Source: Candidatus Saccharicenans sp.
GTDB taxonomy: Bacteria > Acidobacteriota > Aminicenantia > Aminicenantales > Saccharicenantaceae
DNA length: 64,000 bases
Direction: 5' to 3'
NCBI GenBank assembly: GCA_029907135.1
Contig: JARYMJ010000003.1
Location: 4,472-68,471, forward strand
In this document: positions 17,574 to 28,068 of the stretch, one piece after another
Layout of the letters: the number at the start of each line of letters is the position of its first letter
Position numbering within the stretch: the stretch's first letter is position 1
Position numbers and translations under genes: made by a program
The notes under the pieces: generated by a model
The model's input: the letters and a program-made list of their open reading frames with translations, nothing else
Told to the model about the DNA's origin: nothing
Database searches by the model: none

Positions 17574-19652
17574 ATGCTGGCTCCATGGAATCAACGGGAA
17601 AAAAGCAAAGGCCGCCATTTTTTTCCAAAAAAATCATTGGCCATATCTTTTTCTCTTTTTTTACTGGCCGGGCTCATGCTTTTTATTGCCCCCGGCCTTT
17701 TACCAGATTCTGCCAAATCGACTTTCCCGCCGCCGCTTGACCCGCAGCGGGTGCAGGACCAGGATACCATGACCTGGGCCGATTATCGGCCGCTGCCGGA
17801 TACCAACTGGAATGACCCAGCTCTCAAGCCAGAGCGCGGCTTCAAGCTGGCCGTGGTGGCAGTCGATTTCCCCGACCAGCCCTTTGTCATTACCAGGCCC
17901 AAAGGCTCCGACCCCTTCGCCAACCCCCAGGTGGACCCCATTCCCCGCGAAAAAGTGCCTCAGTTTTATGCCGATTTTTTCACCAAGCCCCTACCCGTCA
18001 ACCACGGTCTTAACATCCATAGCTACTGGATGGAAATATCGCGCGGGAAATTCGGGTTGAGCCAGGTGGATGCTTTCGGGCCATACCGCCTGCCCAAGCC
18101 CTACTGGTGGTACGGGCTCAACGAATACGGTCAGAACAAGTTCACCCCTGACGGAAGCACAGCTGCCGGCCGCCTGGAACAAGACTGTGACCAGCTTTGG
18201 ATTTCAGATGTTGGGCGGGACCTCAGGAAAGAATACGAGGCTGTGCTTCGCCTCTACGCCGGTTACGATGAGACCGGAGTCTGGATGGAATTCGGCCTCA
18301 TGAAATTCAAGAGCCGGGATGATATTCCGCCCGAATGGGGCAATCCCAACCCCACCCTGCCCCGCTGGGTGCCCACCCGCTACGTCGAGTGGACAAGCTG
18401 GCTGGCTGGCTCTCAGCAGTGGGGCTTATCCTCCATGCGCCAGGGCGAAAACTCGGGCACTATCGCCCATGAACTCGGACATTTCGCTTTTCGGCTGCCC
18501 GACCTCAACAACAACCCTTATGTCCGTCCCTACCGCCGGGCCGCCGCCGGCCCCTGGGATTTGATGGATCGCGGCTGCTTCAACGGACCCGGTGGTCCCC
18601 ATAAACGCTGGGTTGTTCCGCCCGTGGCCGGAGCGGCCGGTCCGCCGGGACTGATGATCAGGAACCGGATGGCCTGCGGTTTCATCGGCCAGGACGAACT
18701 TCTCATCCTCAGCCGGGAAGGACTGGCCGAATCGGGTCTGGTGGTGGCCGAAGTCACCGCCCGGGCCGTCGACCCTCTTCCCGGAACTTACACCGGTCTG
18801 GTGGTGCGCCTTGATGGTTCCGAGCCCGGGGACCGGACTCCACCCGACGACCCGGCCACCAACCCGCTTTCCCCGGGAATTCCCAACTACAATTTTTATT
18901 CACTGGAAGTGGTCCAGCGCCTGGGTTTTGATTCCTTCTGCCCGGATGAGGGGGTGCTCATCGCTAAAAACAAGGACAATCTCCGCGGCAATAACGGCGG
19001 ACCCAATGCCTTCAATTCTTACATCTGGGTCATTGATGCCCACCCCGAAGACATCAACCAGGTTGACTATATCAGCCCGGCCGGAGAAAAAGTCCGGCGG
19101 ACTCTGGCTGATTATCGCCAGCTCAACGATGCCCTGTTCCATGCCGGTCTCGACTCTGGCAGCCAGTGTGAATACGTTGACCAGCCCAACCGTCTCCACT
19201 TTTATGTGGTCGACCGGCATTCCAACCAGGATGGTATTCTATCTTATACCCTGGCCGTGCGCTCCCTGGATGGTTCCGGACCGCAGAAACGGGGGCTCGA
19301 GCTCCAGCCCCGAGCCAGAAATCTTAAAGTCAGCCGGGCCTTGATACCGGTTACCTTTATACTCAAAAATACCGGCCAGGCAGCCTCCGTGGAGAAACCT
19401 GTCCATCAATCGGACGTTACCGGACATCTTCAGTATGACCTTTACCGTCTGTCGGTAGCAGTCGAAGGTCGGGGCTGGCAGGCCAGGCTACTCAATGCCC
19501 TGACGGCCGTCCCCTTGGGGCAGGAAAAAGAAATAACCGTTTATGTGCTGCCGGTTAAAGGTAGCTCGAGGGAGGCCGCCCTGACACTCATAGCCTCCTC
19601 CGAAAGCCAGCCGGGGATTAGAGTTGAAAGTCGGGTTCATCTGAAATTATGA
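17574..19652 (+). CDS. secreted M6-like (immune inhibitor A-type) zinc metalloprotease
   Basis: 692 aa with strong SD GAGGGAGG and a signal/anchor segment (SLAISFSLFLLAGLMLFIAPG). It has a single HExxH (TIAHELGHFAFRLPDLNNNPY). Family assignment is tentative. Confidence 0.6.
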   Translation: MLAPWNQREKSKGRHFFPKKSLAISFSLFLLAGLMLFIAPGLLPDSAKSTFPPPLDPQRVQDQDTMTWADYRPLPDTNWNDPALKPERGFKLAVVAVDFPDQPFVITRPKGSDPFANPQVDPIPREKVPQFYADFFTKPLPVNHGLNIHSYWMEISRGKFGLSQVDAFGPYRLPKPYWWYGLNEYGQNKFTPDGSTAAGRLEQDCDQLWISDVGRDLRKEYEAVLRLYAGYDETGVWMEFGLMKFKSRDDIPPEWGNPNPTLPRWVPTRYVEWTSWLAGSQQWGLSSMRQGENSGTIAHELGHFAFRLPDLNNNPYVRPYRRAAAGPWDLMDRGCFNGPGGPHKRWVVPPVAGAAGPPGLMIRNRMACGFIGQDELLILSREGLAESGLVVAEVTARAVDPLPGTYTGLVVRLDGSEPGDRTPPDDPATNPLSPGIPNYNFYSLEVVQRLGFDSFCPDEGVLIAKNKDNLRGNNGGPNAFNSYIWVIDAHPEDINQVDYISPAGEKVRRTLADYRQLNDALFHAGLDSGSQCEYVDQPNRLHFYVVDRHSNQDGILSYTLAVRSLDGSGPQKRGLELQPRARNLKVSRALIPVTFILKNTGQAASVEKPVHQSDVTGHLQYDLYRLSVAVEGRGWQARLLNALTAVPLGQEKEITVYVLPVKGSSREAALTLIASSESQPGIRVESRVHLKL

Positions 19653-19824
19653 CGAAAATCGCTAATACCAGGCTCCGGTAAATCTCAATTTTCCCGTTCT
19701 CATCTCTATTCCAGACCAAATTAGGACGGGCCTTAATCGAAAAGCCTCCTGACTGGAGAAGTCGTGGCGCCCGAAGAGCGGTGAGGCAGAAAAAAGCCTC
19801 AGATCGGATGGCTGCTGGCCAACT

Positions 19825-19853
19825 TTGACAGCCACCCGGCCCTGTCCTATACT
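19825..19853 (+). promoter_or_regulatory. sigma70-type promoter upstream of the flippase-like/GT4 pair
   Basis: Perfect TTGACA (19825-19830), a 17-nt spacer, then TATACT (19848-19853). It lies 138 nt upstream of the ATG at 19991. Confidence 0.5.
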
Positions 19854-19990
19854 TAATAAAATTATTTCAAACCAGGCTTGAGGGCTCCAAGCCCGGTGCT
19901 CAGCCCGAAGTTGAATGGAAAAACGATCGAAGGAACCTCAACCTGACCAGACCCACAGGAGTAAGGTAGACAATATATCTGGTAAGACAA

Positions 19991-21046
19991 ATGAACAACA
20001 ATAATAAAAAGAAGCTGGTCAGGGTCATCCTGACGGCCCTGGGCCTGCTGCTGCTGGCTGTTCTGATTTACCGGGTAGGTCCCCGGGAAGTCTGGGAAAA
20101 TACTCGCCAGGTTGGCTATTATTTCATCCTGACCTGCCTGATCGCTTTGGGCTGGATTTTTCTCCAATCTGCGGCCTGGTCCATCGTTCAGACTGCCTTT
20201 CAACCGGTTCCCTTCCGGGTGCTGTTCAAGGCCAGGATAATGGCCGATGGCGTGACCACCCTGGTACCGATGTCGGCCAATGTCGGGGGTGAAGCCGCCC
20301 GGGCCATCATTATCAGGCGGTATTCTCCGTTGCGCGAAGGAATCCCGGGAATTCTTTTTGACAAGACAGTCGAGTCCTTTGCTTCTCTTGTTTTCCTGAC
20401 GACAGGGCTTTTCATCTCGCTCCTTTTCCTTAAAATCCCGGAAAAATACAAAATCTCAGCCCTGACAGTCCTGGGAAGCATTACCGTGGTCATAGCGGTC
20501 ATGATCATCCTTCAGCTCAAGGGTGTTTACGGAATCCTGAACAAGCTGGCCAGAATTTTCCCACGCAGCCGGCAATGGTTCCTGGAAAAGGAGGAAATCC
20601 TGAGGCAGTTTGACCGCAACATGCGCACCCTTTTCCGCCATTCCAGGCTCAAGTTAGCAGCCGCTTTCCTCATGCATTTCGCTTCCCGCTGGCTGGGAGT
20701 CTTTGAAGTCTATGTGATTGTCAGAGCCCTGGGCTGGTCTGCTCCTCTGGTCAAGATGCTGTTCATGTCAGTTTTCGTGGTGATTGCCAACACCGCTTTT
20801 TTCCTGATTCCCGGGCAATGGGGAGCAGCCGAGGGAGCCAGCCTCCTGGCCGCCACCACCGTCGGTTATCCCGCCGCTATCGGCCTGAGTATCGGCCTGG
20901 TCAGGAGAGCCCGCAAGGTGGTTTATGCTCTGGTAACCGTCATCCTGATGCTGGGCAGCAGGCAAAAGCTCAAGCTGTCTGAGCGGGAAATCAATAAAAA
21001 GAAGAACCAGGGTTCCGCTGAGGCTAAGGGACCGGATCATGTTTGA
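19991..21046 (+). CDS. flippase-like membrane protein (lysylphosphatidylglycerol-synthase TM-region / UPF0104 family)
   Basis: 351 aa and polytopic. The N-terminus has a K-rich head followed by TM helices, as in this family. It sits directly upstream of a GT4 glycosyltransferase, which is a common pairing. Confidence 0.6.
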   Translation: MNNNNKKKLVRVILTALGLLLLAVLIYRVGPREVWENTRQVGYYFILTCLIALGWIFLQSAAWSIVQTAFQPVPFRVLFKARIMADGVTTLVPMSANVGGEAARAIIIRRYSPLREGIPGILFDKTVESFASLVFLTTGLFISLLFLKIPEKYKISALTVLGSITVVIAVMIILQLKGVYGILNKLARIFPRSRQWFLEKEEILRQFDRNMRTLFRHSRLKLAAAFLMHFASRWLGVFEVYVIVRALGWSAPLVKMLFMSVFVVIANTAFFLIPGQWGAAEGASLLAATTVGYPAAIGLSIGLVRRARKVVYALVTVILMLGSRQKLKLSEREINKKKNQGSAEAKGPDHV

Positions 21047-21105
21047 ATTCAGCGATTCTCTATTGAGATAATGGGAACTAAGATAAAAACCTATACTATT
21101 AATCC

Positions 21106-22323
21106 ATGAGAATATTGCACCTTCTGCCCGCTTTCGAGCCGGCCTGGGCCGTCGGTGGAACCACCACCGCCCACAGTAACCTCTGTTCAGAGCTGGCCAG
21201 TCTGGGACACCGGGTGACCGTTTACACCACCCGCTGCGACGGGCTGGGCGGTCAGCTGAAGGTGCCTGTCGGACAACCAGTTAACCTGAGGGACATTGAA
21301 GTCTGGTATTTTCCCTTTGAACTGGGTAGAAGAAGAGCCTTTTATTCCAGAAGCCTGCTGGCCAAATTAAAGGAAACAGTTAAAACTTTTGACCTGGTCC
21401 ACCTGGCCGGCCTCTGGCAATACCTGTGCTATGCCGCTTCTGACGTCTGCCTGGAAAGTGGGGTTCCTTATATCATTACTCCGCATTCCAGCCTCATGGT
21501 TGCCTCCTTTCACGGTGTGGGAGCCACTCCGGCCAAAAAAATTTACTGGAAGTTATGGGGCCGAAAAGTGATAAGGAACGCTCCGGCTGTCCATTTTCTC
21601 AGTCAGAAAGAAAGGGAAGACTCCAGAACCTTCTGCTTTTCCTCGCCCAGCTTTATCGTTCCCAACGGTATTTATGTGGATAGATACGAACGGGACGAAA
21701 AGCTGAGGGCAGAGGTCAGGACCCGGTTCAATATCCCTGACGGGGCCCTGGTAATTCTATTCCTGGGCCGGGTCCATCCCAAAAAAAATCTTGACCTGGT
21801 TATCAGGGCCCTGCCTGCCCTGCGCCGCCAGAGACCGGATGTTTTCCTGATGATCGTTGGGCCCGTTGACCAGATGAACTATGTCCAGAAATTAAGAACA
21901 CTGGCTGGCCAGTTAAACCTGTCCAGCTGTCTGGTCTGGACCGGGCTGGTCGATCACTGGCAGACACCGGCTTTCTATTCGGCGGCCGACCTGATGGTGA
22001 TGCCAAGCCTGGTGGAAGGGGTGAGCCTGGCCCTGACCGAGGCCATGGCCGCTTCCCTGCCTGTCATTATTTCTAAGAACGTGGCCAATTGCTATGAAAT
22101 CGCACAGGATAGGGCCGGGCTGGTAATCGAGCCCAGCGCCCGGGAAGTGGAAAGAGCCCTTCTTAAAATCTGCCTTGACCCCGAACCTTATTCAGCCATG
22201 GCTGAGAGGGCCCGGGCCGCGGCTCAAAAACGGTACGATATACGGCTGGTGGCCAGGCTCATGATACGAGCCTACCAGGACGTTTTGTCTGGAGAAAGGA
22301 GCCCCGAGCTTTCCTGGCAATAG
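21106..22323 (+). CDS. GT4-family (GT-B fold) glycosyltransferase
   Basis: 405 aa. It starts MRILHLLPAFEP..GGTTTA and has LFLGRVHPKKNLD and the EGVSLALTEAMAASLPVIIS (E-x7-E region) signature. Stop is TAG. Confidence 0.85.
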   Translation: MRILHLLPAFEPAWAVGGTTTAHSNLCSELASLGHRVTVYTTRCDGLGGQLKVPVGQPVNLRDIEVWYFPFELGRRRAFYSRSLLAKLKETVKTFDLVHLAGLWQYLCYAASDVCLESGVPYIITPHSSLMVASFHGVGATPAKKIYWKLWGRKVIRNAPAVHFLSQKEREDSRTFCFSSPSFIVPNGIYVDRYERDEKLRAEVRTRFNIPDGALVILFLGRVHPKKNLDLVIRALPALRRQRPDVFLMIVGPVDQMNYVQKLRTLAGQLNLSSCLVWTGLVDHWQTPAFYSAADLMVMPSLVEGVSLALTEAMAASLPVIISKNVANCYEIAQDRAGLVIEPSAREVERALLKICLDPEPYSAMAERARAAAQKRYDIRLVARLMIRAYQDVLSGERSPELSWQ

Positions 22324-22536
22324 TTTCCGGACCAATAAGAACCTGGAAAAGGGCCTGGAAACGGACTCAAAAGCTGGCCTTTGGCAGCAGTGAAAAAATC
22401 CCTCCTGTTAAAAAAACGGGCAGACTTCAACTGGAAACAAAAAACAGTTCCTGGGATTAGAAATGGCCTGAAGGCGCTTACCCCGGTGGGGTTAAAGTCT
22501 CGATTTCCCGGTGGATATTCAGGCGGGCAAAAAAAA

Positions 22537-22612
22537 TGGTGGAGCTGACCGGGCTCGAACCGGCGACCCCGTGACTGCCAGTCACGTACTCTCCCAACTG
22601 AGCTACAGCCCC
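22537..22612 (-). tRNA. tRNA-Ala (anticodon GGC)
   Basis: The reverse complement reads GGGGCTGTAGCTCAGTTGGGAGAGTACGTGACTGGCAGTCACGGGGTCGCCGGTTCGAGCCCGGTCAGCTCCACCA, 76 nt. The acceptor stem has the G3:U70 Ala identity pair. The anticodon loop is CTGGCAG, the T-loop is GGTTCGAGCC, and CCA is encoded. Confidence 0.95.
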
Positions 22613-22624
22613 ACGCGCCATATC

Positions 22625-22653
22625 ATAATACAAAAAACCCTCAATTCCGTCAA
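22625..22653 (-). promoter_or_regulatory. sigma70-type promoter of tRNA-Ala
   Basis: On the minus strand: TTGACG (22653-22648), a 17-nt spacer, then TATTAT (22630-22625). The tRNA 5' end is 12 nt downstream of the -10. Confidence 0.6.
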
Positions 22654-22841
22654 GATGAGCCGGGACACCTGTCCCCCGCCAGAACAAGTCGTTCCCGGAC
22701 TACCAGGAAATCTTGGGCCAGGTTATCACCTGAAATTTGTCTGCTCCCGGGTCTGACTGCCCGGCCCAGTGGAAATCTGTTTATTTATGCTCGCTGATTT
22801 TATTAAAATAAGTTTGCCATTCGGACCAAGGAGGTCAAACC

Positions 22842-25598
22842 ATGAATCTAACTCCGATCCCCCCGTTAAAAAAATCGGTCAGGATTTCCCCTGAAAAAAT
22901 GATAAGGCGGCGGCCGGGTCAATCCGCCCTTTCAGTTCTGCTGATGCTTGCGGCCCTGCTGGTGACAGCGGGACAGCCAGCGACCGTGATGGCGGCCAGG
23001 CTCCCGGACAACTCCCCGAAGGCCACCCTCCCCTCAGCCCCCACCGACCTGCGGGTTGAGTATCTGGTTAACCCCCTGGGAGTGGATGTCAGGCAACCAC
23101 GATTTTTCTGGAAGAATTCCCACCCGGAGCGCGGCCAGGCCCAGGTGGCTTTCCAGCTGATAGTTTCATCCTCGCCTGAAACCGATAAAGCTGACCTCTG
23201 GGATTCGGGCAAGGTCAATACCGACTCTTCCATCCAGATCATCTACGACGGCCGGCCACTGCAGAGCAACAGAACCTATTACTGGAAGGTGCGGATCTGG
23301 GACGCACAGGGACAAGAGAGTCCCTGGAGCGAGGTGGCCAGCTTTGAGACTGGTCTTTTCTCGGCCTCGGATTGGAAGGGCGAATGGATAGGCGGGGAAA
23401 ACCTCCTGCGAAAAGAATTCAACCTGCCGGAGGCCCCGTCTCGAGCCCGGGCTTTCGTGGCCGGCCTGGGTTACTATGAACTGCGGGTCAACGGGCAGAA
23501 GGTCGGCGACCAGGTGCTCGACCCGGGCTGGACCACCTATCCCAAACGGGTTCTTTATGCCACTTATGACGTCACCCCCCTGCTAAAAAAAGGGCGGAAT
23601 GCGATCGGGGTGATGCTGGGGGAGGGCTGGTATAAAAACAGAGCTTTCCTGTTCCAGATGTACATAGAGGGCCAGGCAGGAATATTGATGGAGGTCTATT
23701 CTGATACCAGCTGGAAAACAGCCCGGGGTCCGATAATCGAAGATAGCCTCTACCATGGAGAAAAATACGATGCCCGGCTGGAACAGCCTGGCTGGGACAG
23801 ACCTGGTTTTGAAGAAAAAAATTGGAAGCCCGCCCAAAAAGTCCAGGGTCCGGGCGGAGCACTTTCTGCCCAGCTGATGCCGGCTATAAAAGTGGTCGAC
23901 ACCATTGTGCCGCTGACCATGACCAACCCGGCTCCCGGAGTTTATGTCTTTGACTTGGGGCAGAATATCTGCGGTTGGGCTCAACTTCGAGTTCGCGGTC
24001 CACGCGGCACCGATGTTCGCTTGCGCTTCGCTGAGCTTCTCTATGAAAACGGGATGATCAACCAGGAAAACCTGCGTTCAGCTCGAGCCGAAGACCATTA
24101 CCTCCTCAAGGGCGAAGGCGAAGAGGTCTGGGAACCAAGGTTCACCTACCATGGCTTTCGCTACATTGAAGTGACTGGCTTTCCTGGCACGCCGAAAATA
24201 GATTCCGTCCGCGGGCGAGTAGTGCACACAGCTGTTTCTCCGGTCGGCAATTTTTCTTGCTCGAAGCAAATTTTAAACGATATCCAGCGTATTATCTTGT
24301 GGGGGCAGAAAACCAACCTGCACAGCATCCCAACTGACTGCGACCAGCGCGATGAACGGATGGGCTGGATGGGTGATGCCCAGGTAACTGCGGAAGAAGC
24401 GATCATGAACTATGATATGGCTGCTTTTTACACTAATTTTCTGCGCGATATCAGAGATGTGCAGGGTGAGGACGGCTCGATAACTGATACTGTTCCCCAC
24501 ATCTGGGGCTCGCGCCCGGCTGACCCAGCCTGGGGTACAGCCTACCCGCTAATTGCCTGGTATATGTACCAGTATTACGGGGATAAAAGAATTCTTGAAG
24601 AACACTACGATTCTCTCAAAAAATACGTCGAGTTTTTGCGGCGCAAGGCAGAAAATGGGCTGGTTAAGTTCAGCCATTACGGCGACTGGGTAGCTATTGA
24701 TAAATGCCCCGGAAGTTTGGTTTCGGCTTTTTATTATTATTATGATGTAAAAATATTGGCCGAGGCAGCCCGAATTCTGGGGAAACAGGCAGAAGCTGAC
24801 TTCTACCTCAAGTTAGCCGCCCAAATCAAAGAGGCCTTTAACCGGGAGTTTCTTGACCCGGCCACCCGCAATTACGCTGGCGGCAGCCAGACAGCCAACA
24901 CTTTGCCGCTTTTTATCGGGCTTGTCCCTGACAACGCCCGCGGCGGCGTGTGGGGCAACCTGTTCAATGACCTGGTGTACAAGCACGACTCTCACCTGAC
25001 GACTGGCATCATCGGCACCAAATACATACTCGATGTCCTGACCATGTTCGGGAATTCCGACCTGGCTTACGACATCATGACTAAAACTGATTTTCCGAGT
25101 TACGGTTACATGATTAAAAATGGAGCCACTACCCTCTGGGAACTCTGGCAGAAGCGCGAGGGGCCGTCGATGAATTCTCACAACCACCCGATGTTCGGCA
25201 GCGTCGGAGCCTGGTTCTACCGAGCGCTGGCTGGAATTAATCTGGCTCCGGATTCGACCGCTTTTAAAAAATTAATCATCCGGCCGCAGATGGTCAGGGA
25301 CCTGACTCATGCTTCTGGCTCTATTTACACCATAAACGGCCAGGTCAGTTGCTCCTGGGAAAAAGGAGACCGGAAAATAAAGCTTAGCGTGGACATACCG
25401 GTTGGCAGTCAAGCGGAAATCTATCTCCCGGTCTTTAAGCTCAGAGACTTGAGGCTATATGAAGGCCAGACCCTCCTCTGGGCAGAAAACGAAATTAAAA
25501 ACAAAATCTCTGGCGTTGAGGGCGTTGAGCTTAAAGGCGGAAATTTCGTCATCAAAGTTGGCTCTGGAAGCTATCATTTCCTGCTCGAAGGAGAATGA
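22842..25598 (+). CDS. alpha-L-rhamnosidase (GH78), secreted
   Basis: 918 aa with strong SD AGGAGG. The N-terminus has RRR plus a hydrophobic stretch ending VMA-A. GH78 hallmarks present: RFFWK, YYWKVRIWD, GYYELRVNGQKVGDQVLDPGWT, RFTYHGFRYIEV, DCDQRDERMGWMGDA. Confidence 0.9.
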   Translation: MNLTPIPPLKKSVRISPEKMIRRRPGQSALSVLLMLAALLVTAGQPATVMAARLPDNSPKATLPSAPTDLRVEYLVNPLGVDVRQPRFFWKNSHPERGQAQVAFQLIVSSSPETDKADLWDSGKVNTDSSIQIIYDGRPLQSNRTYYWKVRIWDAQGQESPWSEVASFETGLFSASDWKGEWIGGENLLRKEFNLPEAPSRARAFVAGLGYYELRVNGQKVGDQVLDPGWTTYPKRVLYATYDVTPLLKKGRNAIGVMLGEGWYKNRAFLFQMYIEGQAGILMEVYSDTSWKTARGPIIEDSLYHGEKYDARLEQPGWDRPGFEEKNWKPAQKVQGPGGALSAQLMPAIKVVDTIVPLTMTNPAPGVYVFDLGQNICGWAQLRVRGPRGTDVRLRFAELLYENGMINQENLRSARAEDHYLLKGEGEEVWEPRFTYHGFRYIEVTGFPGTPKIDSVRGRVVHTAVSPVGNFSCSKQILNDIQRIILWGQKTNLHSIPTDCDQRDERMGWMGDAQVTAEEAIMNYDMAAFYTNFLRDIRDVQGEDGSITDTVPHIWGSRPADPAWGTAYPLIAWYMYQYYGDKRILEEHYDSLKKYVEFLRRKAENGLVKFSHYGDWVAIDKCPGSLVSAFYYYYDVKILAEAARILGKQAEADFYLKLAAQIKEAFNREFLDPATRNYAGGSQTANTLPLFIGLVPDNARGGVWGNLFNDLVYKHDSHLTTGIIGTKYILDVLTMFGNSDLAYDIMTKTDFPSYGYMIKNGATTLWELWQKREGPSMNSHNHPMFGSVGAWFYRALAGINLAPDSTAFKKLIIRPQMVRDLTHASGSIYTINGQVSCSWEKGDRKIKLSVDIPVGSQAEIYLPVFKLRDLRLYEGQTLLWAENEIKNKISGVEGVELKGGNFVIKVGSGSYHFLLEGE

Positions 25599-25671
25599 GA
25601 CAGAAAAAAGATTTTAACAGGATAAGTTATAAAGTAACCTTAAAATTTTTATGAAACTGGTGAAATGATTT

Positions 25672-25700
25672 TTGAAATGAGATTTTTTTATATATTTAAT
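25672..25700 (+). promoter_or_regulatory. sigma70-type promoter of the DUF4838-like gene
   Basis: TTGAAA (25672-25677), a 17-nt spacer, then TTTAAT (25695-25700). It lies 30 nt upstream of the ATG at 25730. Confidence 0.45.
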
Positions 25701-25729
25701 CTATATGGAATTGATAAGGAAAAAAGCGA

Positions 25730-27997
25730 ATGCTTAAAGGTTTGAATGAAGAAAACTCTTTGATTAAAAAACAGTTAGGGCTGTTTGTCATTCTGGCTGT
25801 TTTTCTCCTGCTCCCCTTCTCTGCGCTAAAAGTCAAAGCTCAAATCACCCTGGTAAAGAAAAGCCGAAGTTCTTACCAAATAGTTCTGCCTTCTAATCCC
25901 TCCTTAGAAGAAAATCGGGCAGCAGAATTCCTGAATAAACATCTGTTGAAAATCGCCAACTGTACTCTACCGATTGTGGCCACAGATAAACCAGAAGGCA
26001 AAAATTTGGTGATCATTAAAAAATCCGCTGCGCTTAAAGAAGCAGATGATTTCCGCGTCTACACCCAAGCTCACCGGCTGTACATCCTGGGCGGGCCGGG
26101 CAAAGGCTGCGTTTACGGGGTAGCTGAACTCCTCGAACGATATTTTGGAGTCAGATATTACAGCCCGGACTATGTGGTCATCCCTCGCGCCGCTACCCTG
26201 AAATTGCCAGCCCTAAACCTTTACGGCCACTCCCCCAACACCTACCGCAACGTCCACGGCCAGTTTTCTCAGGACCCAGATTACCGCGATTTTCAACGGT
26301 TAAACGTCATTGATGATATGTTCGCCCGTGGTTATTATGTTCACACCTTTCAGAAATTGGTCCCGTGGCAGGAATATTTTAAAGACCATCCTGAATATTT
26401 TGCCTGGCTCAACGGTAAAAGGGTCATTGACCAGCTCTGCCCTTCCAACCCTGAGGTTCAAAAGCTCATCATCCAGAAGTTAGAGGAGGAAATGAAGGCT
26501 CAGCCCGAGAAGAAGGTGTGGTCAGTCAGCCAGAATGACAATTTTTCCTACTGCCAGTGTGAAAGATGCCAAAAGATAATCGAAGAAGAGGGCAGCCCGG
26601 CCGGGCCGATTCTCAGACTGGTCAACGCCGTGGCTGCCCACTTTCCGGATAAAATCATTTCCACCTTGGCTTATCAGTTTAGCCGCTCGGCGCCCAAAAT
26701 CACCAAACCCGCGGCTAACGTGCAAATCATGCTCTGCACCATCGAGCTAAACCGAAGCAAGCCAATAGCTGAAGACCCGACCAGCGCGTCTTTCCTCAAA
26801 GACCTGGAAGATTGGTCGCGGCTGACGAAAAATATCTATCTGTGGGATTACACCGTGGATTTTGCTCATAGCATTAGCCCGTTCCCTAACCTGCATACTC
26901 TGAAACCTAATCTCCAACTCTTTGTTAAATACGGTGTGCGCCAGCACTTCCAGCAATCAAACACCGGAACCGGGCATGAATTCTCCGAGTTGAAAAATTA
27001 CCTGCTGGCCAAGTTGCTGTGGAACCCGGAAGCTGACCTCCACAGCCTGATTAAAGAATTTACCGATGGTTATTATGGGCCAGCTGCTCCCTGGATAAGG
27101 CGGTACCTCTACCACCTGCAATCTGAAATCCTTAAAACTGGCGAATGGCTGGACATTTACGGCCCGCCTAACAACCACCAGGATACATTTCTTTCAGCCG
27201 AAAACATCCGGGCTTACAACGAGTATTTTGACCGGGCGGAAGAAGCCGTGGCTACCCAGCCTGATTATCTGCTCCATGTTCGCCCGGCCAGGATGGCTCT
27301 TCAGTACGCAGAGATGGAAATCGCCAAGGCTGATATGTTTGGCCTTCGCGGCTGGTATGACGAGGCAAACGGCGAATTTATCCCGAAGAAGAATCTTCTT
27401 GAATCGCTGGAAAAGTTCTACGATACGGCTCAAAAAGTAAAAGCAGCGCCAGTCAACGAGTCGGGTTTGACCTGCGAAGAGTATTACCGGCTGACCAAGA
27501 GGTTTTTAGAAACTCAAGTCAAAGGCAACCTGGCTTTCCGAAAAAAAGTTACGGCCAATCCCCCGCCGGCGACCAAATACAGCGGCGGCAACCTGGCCCT
27601 GCTAACGAACGGAGTGCGCGGAGCTAACGATTACAAGGTCCACTGGCTCGGCTGGGAAGGGCAAAATTTTGAACTGCGGCTTGACCTGGAAAAACAAGTA
27701 GAACCTTCGGTTATCGAAATAAGCACTCTCTGGGAACCGCACAGCTGGATACTTCATCCAGTGGAAATAAGATGTTATGTTTCAAAAGACGGGACAAATT
27801 TTGAACCTCTTGGCTCACAAAAAATCGAAGACGACCAGCGGCAGGCTGAAACAAGCAAAATCTGGAGCTTTCCCGTAAGCGGTCAGGCATTCAGGTTTGT
27901 CAAATTCGAAGTGCTGGGCACGCTAAAACTGTATGATTGGCACCCTTCGGCTGGCGGAAAATCCTGGGTTTTCGTGGACGAAATCGTCGTCCGCTAA
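25730..27997 (+). CDS. secreted DUF4838-like glycan-active protein with C-terminal F5/8 type C (discoidin) domain
   Basis: 755 aa with a signal peptide. It has LCPSNPEV and WSVSQNDNFSYCQCERC (the Cys cluster typical of DUF4838 proteins). The C-terminal ~150 aa has a discoidin-like pattern (LTNGVRG..., WLGWEG, FVKFEVLG). Confidence 0.65.
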   Translation: MLKGLNEENSLIKKQLGLFVILAVFLLLPFSALKVKAQITLVKKSRSSYQIVLPSNPSLEENRAAEFLNKHLLKIANCTLPIVATDKPEGKNLVIIKKSAALKEADDFRVYTQAHRLYILGGPGKGCVYGVAELLERYFGVRYYSPDYVVIPRAATLKLPALNLYGHSPNTYRNVHGQFSQDPDYRDFQRLNVIDDMFARGYYVHTFQKLVPWQEYFKDHPEYFAWLNGKRVIDQLCPSNPEVQKLIIQKLEEEMKAQPEKKVWSVSQNDNFSYCQCERCQKIIEEEGSPAGPILRLVNAVAAHFPDKIISTLAYQFSRSAPKITKPAANVQIMLCTIELNRSKPIAEDPTSASFLKDLEDWSRLTKNIYLWDYTVDFAHSISPFPNLHTLKPNLQLFVKYGVRQHFQQSNTGTGHEFSELKNYLLAKLLWNPEADLHSLIKEFTDGYYGPAAPWIRRYLYHLQSEILKTGEWLDIYGPPNNHQDTFLSAENIRAYNEYFDRAEEAVATQPDYLLHVRPARMALQYAEMEIAKADMFGLRGWYDEANGEFIPKKNLLESLEKFYDTAQKVKAAPVNESGLTCEEYYRLTKRFLETQVKGNLAFRKKVTANPPPATKYSGGNLALLTNGVRGANDYKVHWLGWEGQNFELRLDLEKQVEPSVIEISTLWEPHSWILHPVEIRCYVSKDGTNFEPLGSQKIEDDQRQAETSKIWSFPVSGQAFRFVKFEVLGTLKLYDWHPSAGGKSWVFVDEIVVR

Positions 27998-28068
27998 GAT
28001 TTCAACGGCCTATTTTTATAAGGGCACTTCCTATAAATAAATTTTTAGCTGATTTTTCCGTAGCTTTT

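Noticed and set aside
17515-17772. Track ORF 17515-17772 (+), 85 aa.
   Set aside because: It is out of frame with, and mostly overlaps, the M6-like protease gene. That gene has a strong SD (GAGGGAGG) and a signal peptide starting at 17574.
22324-22841. A tRNA-Ala-associated genomic island.
   Set aside because: There is no integrase, and I could see no direct repeat of the tRNA 3' end. The lower-GC block starts ~1.4 kb away on the 5' side of the tRNA, not at its 3' end where islands usually integrate.
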